64,000 nt of DNA from Camelus ferus (taxonomy: Eukaryota). The stretch spans positions 60,514,001 through 60,578,000 of the forward strand of contig NC_045707.1 of the NCBI RefSeq assembly GCF_009834535.1, in the 5' to 3' direction. This document shows, piece by piece, positions 54,523 through 64,000 of the stretch (its first letter is position 1; each line of letters begins with the position of its first letter). The notes beneath the pieces are model-generated. The model worked only from the letters and a program-made list of their open reading frames with translations. It did no database searches and was not told the origin of the DNA. The translations under genes were made by a program, and so were the position numbers.

Positions 54523-57500
54523 TCAACTCATCTATCCTAAGGGATCTGAAGGCTTCTAGTTCATCTTTCATTATATTACAATGCCTTATTTTGTATTCCT
54601 CATTACTTTGTGCCATATCAAAGTGTTAAGACAATACTTGGATGCTCAATAAATACTCCTGCTATCAAAGCACATATCTTTAAGAAAATTAAATAATATT
54701 TTTTAAAAAAAGGGCTTACAATAAAGAGTACTCTGCCTGGCCTCTCCTCAAATCCCAGACAACCAATTGCTGCCTAGTCACTTGCCTCAATATTAAAGGT
54801 ACATATACTATTATTGCTTGAGCTATTACTAACTTCTTACCACAATATTAACAGCTAAGGTGTTTTCTGTTACTAAGTGCCAGACACAGAACTCTCTATA
54901 TATTATTACATTTAATTGTCACAACAGTTTCATGAAGTAGGAGCTAGTATATATTCCTGTTTTAGTCTGGAAAATGGGAACACAGTTCAACAACCTGCCC
55001 AGGGTCACACAGCTAGCAAGTGGCAAAACTACAATTTTAACTTAAGCAACCAGACACTAGCATACACACTTTTAACCTAAATCCTCTTATATTTACCCAC
55101 TCCACGGTCCACTCTTAATTAATACTTCAGGGATAAGTCTCTCAAATTAAATAAAAACAATGAGCAAAATAAAACAAAGAAGTCAAAACAGTAAAACGGC
55201 ATTTCTCACAACCAAATATATCTTTTTGGTTCTACAGGTCAGTAATTTTCAACTTTGACTTTGCCACAGTTCAGGAGGACACCAATTAGTTGCATTTTCA
55301 TTTTATATACATTGACTCAGTAGTTACTATGCCTGAGGTATAGTATTTTTAAATCTAAACTACTGTTACATGGCGTATAACATTTTTGCTGAACTTAAAA
55401 AGGCGTCAGATCCTGAAGACTGCCAGACAGGCATGCTCTGAAGGGAGAGTGTGCCAGTAACAAATTAGAAAAAGAAAAACAATTTTCAAAGTAATTTCTA
55501 TTTGCTTTCTAAAAGCAAATGAGCTAACTTATAGATGAGTACACTTACACATCTCTAACTACATAATAGGGCACAAAAAATCGTAATGGAAAAAGGTAAA
55601 ATCACTTTCACTAAAGAAAAGCTTCAAAAAATAGATTTTGTAAAATCTGTGGAGACAGGAGACACAGTATTATTTCAGTTTAATATCCTAAACAAACAAA
55701 AAATGAGACATGAATATGGACAAATTTAACTTGAAGCAAAAAATGTTACCATTTAAAAAAAAATGAGACACTACAGAAAAGGCAGTAATGGAAGTTTTGA
55801 AATTGAGGAAAGTAAGGAAGAGAGCAAGAGATAAAAGCCCTAGATAATCTAGGCAATCCAGTTCAAAGCTGTGAGTCAGATCTTGCTCAAACAGAGAACC
55901 TTTATAATAATACTCTGGCTGAAGGGAATATTGTGGCCTTGTTCTACGAAAGAGCAGACAAGGCTTACTGAGGATCTTCTAGTAAGCGAAACGGAAGGTT
56001 GGTGACAGCAAGTCAGTTGGATCTGTAGACCAACATACAGTCTCTCTCTCTCTGCTGAAGTTTCACTTCTAACCAGTCTGGATAACAGCAATTCGCCCCT
56101 ACTTACAGACTATACATGCCCTTCTCATTTCAATGCTATCTGGATTCTGTTACAGTTTTCATATGCATAATATCTTCCCAATTGGACCATTAACTTCTGG
56201 AGAGCAGAAGCCGTCCTGTTTATTCTATTTTCACTCATATAACCTAACATAGTTCTATCCATTTAGTAGATGGCTGCTCAAATCTAACGATATTGAAAAA
56301 TCACAACCTATATCAGACCATTAAGAGTTTGAAGAAATCTTCAGATTATTGAGTCTGTTCTCTTTACGTTAAAAGCAAAGAAACTAAGAGTAGTTTAAAT
56401 GTCCACTAGCCTAACAAGTAGAAGACCTGGAATTAGCATCCTAATCCCCTGATAATCAGTTTAACTTTTTCTAAACAGCCTCTAATTTCTTCCATTATAC
56501 CAAAATAATCTATTTCATCAGAAAACAAAGTAGCAGCAGCAGTACTCACTATACACATACTAGAGACCTAAGAAGGTTAGATCCGCTTGGCAGTCCATGT
56601 GCCTAGGTCTGTGATGACTGCTTTATAAACATTCTACTTAATACTCTCAATGACTCTAAGAGGTAGGTACTAGTAACCTAATTTCACAAATGTGGAAAAT
56701 GTAATTTGACCATGATGACAGTAAGTGGCAGAACCCAGATTCTCCATTTGTCATCAGAATCTTGGCTCTTACCCAGTATCCTATACTGCTTCTCGTAGAA
56801 TTCACCACAAATATCTTGAAGTCTCAAGAGTCCAGCACAGTGCCTGACCCAAACAAAGTAAACAAATGTTAAAATGACTGACTAAATGAATGTATTATTT
56901 AATTAATTAAAAGGTAAGCTTCTCTCACAGCAAACACCTCTAAAAAGAAGACTTCATTGTTAATCTAATTACATAATCCCCAAAGAAAGGGTTTAACAGT
57001 GAGCGGTCTGCATACTAAAAGATTTAAGGAATGCCTAATATCTTTAGCCCACAAATAATTCAAGTGTTCAACAAATAGTGAAAAACTATTTCTGTGACAC
57101 AGCGTTAAATTTGAAGATAAAAAGTAAAATAAAATTTGTTCCTGCAATATTCCACTAAATTAAAACCCACACAAATTTCTAAACTATTCAGCAAACCGAA
57201 ATAAATGTGTAACACCGACCTCCTTCTGGTGGAAGAGAAAGGAATAACACTAACTGAGCATCTACAATGTTCCAGTTCTTGAACCTCAATGTAGAGTCTC
57301 ACTTAATCCCTTAAAGCCAAATGAACGGGCAACATCTCCACTTTCTGATGAACAAATTGAGGCTTTAAGAGATTAAGAACTTGCCTCAGGTCACTTAGCA
57401 AATTACTACAAATTCAGAATTGGAATCCAAAAGTCTTATGTTCTCTCCAAAAAGGGGTAAAAGTACTTTTCTTTTATTTGTTTACCAAAGCAGAGAATGG

Positions 57501-59079
57501 ATTTCTTCCCAAGGGAGACTGAAGATTGCTTATTTCAACAACAAAGAATACATTATCTCACTTACTCCTCATTATAGCTTATTTGTTATTATTTCATCCC
57601 ATTTATTATAAATGATAAATCTAGAACTCAGAGAAGTAGCTTGCCCAAGAACACACTGCAAGGATGTAGAACTATACCAGGTCTGCACCAGGTGTGAATG
57701 CAAAACCACAGGAAAAGTGTAGAAAGACCTTAGCCCTGGTAGTTATGAGCTTAAGACTCAAAACACCCAAACTAAGCAGACTTTGTACTTGTCAAGTAAA
57801 AGGAATGGTAGATATCATTTGTAACTACTTCCACTTTCAATGATGAGGAAGCTGATTTTTCAGTAATAGTCTTATTAAATGGCAACCTGAAGACTGGCCT
57901 CTAAATTTCAAGTCTACAGGCCATTCTATTATATACCAAGCAATTACTGGATTTGTTGCCTGTTGAAATTACTCTCAAAGTATCAAAGTACTATTTCACA
58001 CAGCATGAAGAGAGAACAGTTATGTTAAAACACACAGAATCAACATTTAAGGACTTCAAATACTTCCACGGGAATACATGAAGAGAAATATTCCTTAGCA
58101 ACATTTTCAGTGCATAATCTGAAAACTTTGTCTATTTCTTTATCTATTTTTAGGACCTATATGTGAACTAAAAGATATCTCTATCGCCAATTCTGAAAAT
58201 ATTACCACTTAGGCCAAAAAAAAAAAAAAAAAAAAAGAAGTTTGGTTTTACTGTACAGCCCTGTTTGTCAAAAATCCAGAGTAGTTTTTTCTATTCAGAG
58301 TGGCCCAGGTATATTCCTAAAGAACCGTCCCACACTGGTTTTGATAAATCAAAGTGATGAATGAGAAGGTGATGAATATTAACATATACAGGATAAGTGC
58401 TTGTATTTAATTTTACTAAATAATACAAGCATGCTATAACCCCCAATACAGAAATAAATAGAATCATCCTAATGCAAAGTAACCGGATAGAGACTTCCAT
58501 GTTTGTTCAGCCTACTACAACACGAAGATTGTCTTCATCCCTTAAGCTCATAAAAACTACGGGAGTTCTTCAGGAAGCTTTGCCGCTGCCTCTCCGCACA
58601 TCACTGTGGGTCATTAAAAACTGGAATGCATCAAGAATTGCTGCCAGGCCTGAACTAGCACTAGCTCAGCTATAAACTAAGAAGTAAACAAGTGCAGAAT
58701 GCTGCCGATCCTGGAGCGGGGCACTGTTTACTTACATGGAAAGATACTCATGTTGTGATGGGAAACGTGTTGCACTGTCCTCCCCTGGCTCCCCCCTAAA
58801 AACGCCGCACTTTGACAAGCTAATGTGAGCGTGGGTCTACTCCCAAAAGTTTTGACCTCTCTTTTTAATCGCTTAAGGACAAACGCTCAAATAAGGACAT
58901 TCGACACAAGGTGCCCTGAGGTGCTGCCTATGGCATAACCTGGAAGGACATCACTTTGTCCAACAAACTGTGTTCTCACTTCACACTCCCCAACAATGAA
59001 CTAAATGGGAGAAAGAGATACCGTCATTCACTCTGGTGAAGGAAAAGAGAAGAAATCAAAACCAGACTCGCTTCCTCCT

Positions 59080-60180
59080 CGCCCCCGAGAGGCTTGGAGC
59101 AGGACTAGGGGCTTAAGGTGCGGTTACAAACCAGCACCAGGCCCCGGTCGCCAGTGCACCCGCGAGCAGCGAGGGCGTCAGAGAACCATCAACATCTCCA
59201 CCTCTGTCCTCCGAGCACAGCCAGGGACTGCGTCCCAGAGCCCGCCCCGGCCGGGCCCGCCCCGCTATCTCCTCCCCCGTTATCCGCTCACTGCCGCGCT
59301 CGGGCCTGGGTTTGCCTCCCGCCCTCCCCAACTTTGGCACGTTCCACTACCCCAAACACGTAGGCCACCGCCCCCACCACGAGTCCGGCGGAGAAAGGTC
59401 GGGGGGCTGCAGGGCGAGGAATGCGCTGGGCGCCGTTCCTCACCTCTGGATGGAGAAGGGGCACGCAGCCCGCTTCGGCCTCGTACTCATCCGGGCCGTC
59501 CGCCATCTTGGTGTTAAATCCCTCCTCCCGCTGCATGCTGGGAGAAAGCGTTTCACCCTCGCGGGGCTCGGGCAAGGCGGAGGGCAAGCGCGAGGGCGAG
59601 CGCGAGCCCCGCCGGAGGCGACGCGGCCTCCTCCTCCTCCTCCCCTTACCCCAGCGACGCCCCCTCTGCCCCCTCCCACCTCGGAGGGCGCGGGTCCCTG
59701 CGCGCGTGCGCGCTAGCTGGGCCGTCCCGGGCGCGAGCGCGCTCTGCTGCACTGCACCGGGGCCGGCAGGCCCAAGGCTCTGGGCGTGGGTGCCGCCGCT
59801 TGTGGGTGGACCCGGGCCCCTGGCAGTTTGCGCCTCTGGTCGCGGGGAGGAGGCAGCTGCTGGGCTACCGAGTAGTTAACGTGGGCAACCTAGCGGCGGC
59901 GCGGGAGCAAGGACCCGGCTCTTGAGCCGCGCAGCCGGGGGTTTCCCATCCCCCGCCCCCCACGCAGTAGAGGTGGCCCACGCTCGCAAGCCCCACTGTC
60001 CTGCTCCGAGACCCCGGGACCCCTTCTGTGAGACCCAACCCAGCTCCAGGTAGTAGATTTGGGGCGCTCTTGATTCCAGGTGTGCATCGCTCATGAAGAT
60101 GAAAGACGCACCGTTTCCTCTACACTCAATAAGGTCATACTGTAATTTATGCCTCCGGGGGGCGCCCGGGAGAACATGGA
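59080..60180 (-). promoter_or_regulatory. ZDHHC17: CpG-island promoter / 5' UTR of ZDHHC17
   Basis: Abrupt GC- and CpG-rich block in AT-rich surroundings. Contains GC boxes (ccccgcccc ~59950), an NRF1-type GCGCGTGCGC at 59702-59711 and a YY1-type CCGCCATCTTG at 59500-59510. Confidence 0.9.
59444..59536 (-). CDS. ZDHHC17: ZDHHC17 coding exon 1 (93 nt; MQREEGFNTKMADGPDEYEAEAGCVPLLHPE)
   Basis: Translation matches the HIP14/ZDHHC17 N-terminus. ATG at 59536-59534; donor GAG|GTGAGG; lies in the CpG island. Confidence 0.96.
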
Positions 60181-63100
60181 TAAAGCTTGGAATTATCTCC
60201 TAGAGAAGAGCCTTTTAAAAACGATCCCAACCTGTCCTCAGTGATCTTGAATTAAGAGTAACCACATTAAAAATGTACACTTTCAAAGCCCACACGCCCG
60301 CATCTGCTACATTTTCATGTAACTCAGGAATTCAGAACTGAAGTCATTTAAACTGAATTCGCTGCAATCAGAACCAGATAAAATGACTAAAGCCATTTCT
60401 AAACGGACTCTAGGGCTGCATGAGGGATGGGGGATTGCGCTCTAGAAATGTGCTGATTGGACTATTATAGAAAGCATTTATTTTTGATTTTATCTATTAA
60501 AAAGTGAAAACCTAAACTGCTCAGAGGACGATTTAGCAGATTATGAAACATGATCAATAGAGATCCTGATACTAACCTGTTTCGTGTTAAAGCCAAATCA
60601 GCCAAAGACCACCAGCAGGGAAGCCTGCAATTCGATAACATCAGATTTATTTGTAAGTCAAGAGGAAGAGCATTACAGAGGAAACGTGGATACCGCTGGA
60701 AAAGGGAGATTGAAGCGTCTTTTGTAAGGTTTAGGTTCCCGCCAAAGGAGTCAGTAGGGTCTAGGGAGACCGGGGATCAGTTCTGGATTGGACACTGTTT
60801 CTGAGGCTGTATTAGGAAAAGCGAAGCTTAACCGAGGATTGGATGCTGTCATGAGGAGAGGGTCCTTCAGTAATTGGGTAGCCTAGTCATAAAATAGCGA
60901 AGTGGGTCTGGGCATCACTGGCAAGAGAGCAGTATTATTCCAATACATGGCATTTTACAGCTGCTGCATGGGAGTGGGAAAAAACAAGCTGCTCTGTTAA
61001 CTGTGTCTCTTTTCCCAGCATCGTTGCTTTTTCTCACTTCAGTCTGAGCTGATTTTCCTTCTTTTGGTCCTGGCCCAAACTGAGAATTTTGGTTTTGACT
61101 CTTTCACCCAGCATGCAGAACTAGACAGAATTAGAGTTCTGCCTTTGGAGCTCCACTGCTTTCAGAAACATTTTAACATGGATAAAATCTTCACTTTTCT
61201 TCTTGCCCCTCCTTACCCTTATGCCATGCATTTACTGGGAATGGAGAGAAGACCGAAGTAAAAAAAAAAGGAAACAGTGAAAAAGTTGGGAGATGAGGTA
61301 AAGAAAGTATTGAATTGTAGAGGAGTGAAGAAAACTAGGCATGCAGAACAGGAAGGAATGTTTCGTGGATGCGCGTGTATCAGGAACACTGGGGCAGGAG
61401 GATGACGGTGACTTTTCAAAAAAAACGAAGATGTTTAGCCTTCCCAGTGATCCTAGACTCACAGAGGTCCTAAATGGAAGGATAAAGGGCCAGCTTCAGC
61501 CAGCAAACAAGTTTCATATCAAATATATTTCAAATAGATACCAAAATTCAATGAATCAAGAGACTTCACTTTAAAATCTGTATTTCTAGATTATCCAGAA
61601 AATATACTTTTTCATTACCTGCCTGGCTATAGACGTATTTAGTGTCTGTGACTTCTGAGAATTCTACAACTTAAACGTAGAGGAAATACTGAAAACAGAT
61701 GAAAAGAAATTGCCTTGCTCACTGCTATAAGATTGAAATAATAGTTATCAAAAGAAGAAAGAAAGAAATCAGGAGCGAGAGCAGCCAGTCTTGGGAAAAT
61801 ATCTTGAAGTTGAGGCTTCAGCTAGGTTGAGTAAGACCAAAACAAATCCTGTAAGTACAACTAGAGTCCATGTTAGTAATTATAGAGTACTTATCTACAC
61901 TCAGATTTAAGAGAATATATTCAAGAAATGGACATGTAGGTGGATAGATTAGCAAAAGACTAGCTTAACATTATGAAGGAATACAGAATAGTTGCTGAAA
62001 GAGAACAAAATACAAAGAAAATCAACTTTGTTAGAAAAGAATTGTGAATAAGAAATGTGAAAACCAGACAGATTGAAAGGAATAGGGAAAGATCATAGGG
62101 ATAAAGCCTTCATATGTAACTTCAGAGACTACTGGAGTAAAGACAGCACTGGCGATCATCCATTTGTAGTCCACCTCCAGCAGTTCACAAATGAGGAGTG
62201 ATGGTTGGGGAATTTAAGAAACCCAGTTAAAGTCACAAAACTAGGTAGTAACAGAACTCTGTCTAGAAGCCTTCTGACTTCCCCATCTACTACTCTTGCC
62301 TCTACCTCACATTTCTTCTGTTGTATTTATCCTCAATGAATTCTTGTTTGGTCCATTTAATAATTATGTATCAAACATTTGTTTTGTGTAAAAGTTAGAA
62401 TAGGTAACCCCAACATAGAGTTTAGTAAACTAAACACTCTTCCATCCAGATTTCCCAGGCACATCAGGCCACCTGGGTTTGAATCCCATTTCTGTCATCT
62501 TCTATGACCTGAGGAAAGTTACATATGTTCTCTGGCTCTGACATGCTTGCATGGTTGCCATGCCGTGTCTTCTCTTGCTCAGGCTTCGGTAGCTCTAGCC
62601 AACCTTCCATTTGCTGTGATACAGTGTGGGTCAAGTCTTTACTTTCTTTCCCCCATATCTGAGTCCAGTTTGGATTCCACTCTTAGTTTCTGTTTGAGGA
62701 CAGAGCATTTCATCTTCTATTTACTTTTTCCGTATCTTGAGTACATGGTCGGGGAGACATATGCTCTGCTGAGGCAAGATACAGCCTGCATGAGAAAACC
62801 TGAGTCATGTTATCTTTGCTGAGGGTTTATTCCAGCTCATATCTCATATCTCATTCCCATAGGGAAATATCTCAGATGTCAGATCATCTCCCATCTTAGT
62901 GAGTAGCCCTGGAGCTTTCACTTTCATTATAAAGAGTCAGATACATATTTCACTTTCTCCACATCCCCAGCCTTTCTTGAAGCTATTTCCAGTCATGGGC
63001 AGTGAGAAAGTTTGAGGGGTTCATAAATGTTGTGAAAGCATCTTTGAAACGTACAAACCAGAAAGCTCGTGGGTGACTTGGAGAGTAAAGCTAGGGCAAA

Positions 63101-63200
63101 AATCCTCCAAACCCTGCATAGCATTTTTGACACCAGCTGGTCAAATATAACAAGTATTTGCCTGGGGTGTTCATGGAGAATAAAATATTAACAGTTTATA

Positions 63201-63265
63201 CTAAAAAAAAAATATATATATATATATATGTGTGTGTATATATATATATACACATATATATATAT
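63201..63265. repeat. A-run plus interrupted (TA)n microsatellite
   Basis: Read directly from the sequence. Confidence 0.9.
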
Positions 63266-64000
63266 GAACTGTAAATGAAAAATGGAAGGTGATGAATTAG
63301 GCTTGTTTCTCCGCAAATTTGGGGGTATTAGTGTGAATCTCAGATACTTGGTATCTTTATTCATATAGCTTGAGATAGGTAGGTGGGTGAAAGGGTAAAG
63401 TTAAGAAGTAAGCTCATTCATTCTTCTCTGCTCTGTTTCAGAATATTATGTTCCTTTGTGTCCCTGTCTATTTTTTAATTTCTCTTTTTAGTTTGGGGAT
63501 ATGGCCCTTTCATTTTTTGGTTGCTGAATTGGTGAATTTTCTAGATCTTTTTTTTTTTTTAAATAGGTATTAAGGGAGAGAACAATTTGTGATGAAGTTT
63601 TAGTTGATCACCTGGGCATCTCAGAAATCCCCAACACTTGAGAGTTTTCCTGTATACCCACTCAGGTTTTGATATGCTGATATAATCAGGTTCTCTGATG
63701 ACTATTCTCAAATTGCTGAACCTGAGAATCCCCTGTTCTTCCTATAACTGGCTACCTCGTTCATTGCATGATTTTTCCTAATTTCTTTCTCTGAAATTAA
63801 TCTCAAATTCAACTTTTGGGATGCTTGCTGTTAGATTAGTCCATTATGAGAAGGCACTGGGAACTACAAATTTCCAAACATACAGACACACAATCTGGCA
63901 TCAATATCAGTGGGTTCAGGACTCCCTGAGCATAGTCCATGGACCCCAGGTGAAAAAAATCCCTGATTGTGATAAATCATGGCTTTAGTTCTTGACTAGT

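Noticed and set aside
59005..60094. Several long overlapping ORFs in the CpG island, including an in-frame upstream extension of ZDHHC17 (59288..59752)
   Set aside because: Stop-codon scarcity in GC-rich DNA, low-complexity R/P/G/A translations, and no upstream ATG in the ZDHHC17 frame.
1..64000. CRISPR arrays, operons or other prokaryotic systems
   Set aside because: The sequence is intron-rich mammalian DNA; I saw no regularly spaced repeat-spacer array.

Overview
Mammalian genomic DNA, very probably a camelid, judged from tRNA-derived SINEs of the vic-1 type and artiodactyl-type L1/Tigger elements. The window holds the 5' half of ZDHHC17 (HIP14, palmitoyl acyltransferase) on the minus strand: a CpG-island promoter at about 59.1-60.2 kb and coding exons 1-8. 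I mapped these by hand (93+104+123+78+145+65+163+126 = 897 nt, 299 codons). All junctions are GT-AG and in frame, and they encode the ankyrin-repeat region; the TM/DHHC exons lie beyond position 1. The introns are full of L1, L2, MIR, SINE, MaLR/ERV LTR and DNA-transposon relics and carry an RPL17 processed pseudogene inserted into a MER3. The most interesting signal not explained by repeats is a pair of complementary blocks (perfect 16-bp and 13-bp helices) 6.7 kb apart in intron 7. They could form a long-range pre-mRNA duplex, and they bracket a candidate 121-nt PTC-containing (poison-like) exon. Other oddities are a triple-nested transposon stack containing an internally deleted L1, a chimeric L1 inside one TSD pair, and an unexplained coding-like segment at about 45.8-46.6 kb. 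Repeat family names come from my recall of consensus sequences, not from a database search.
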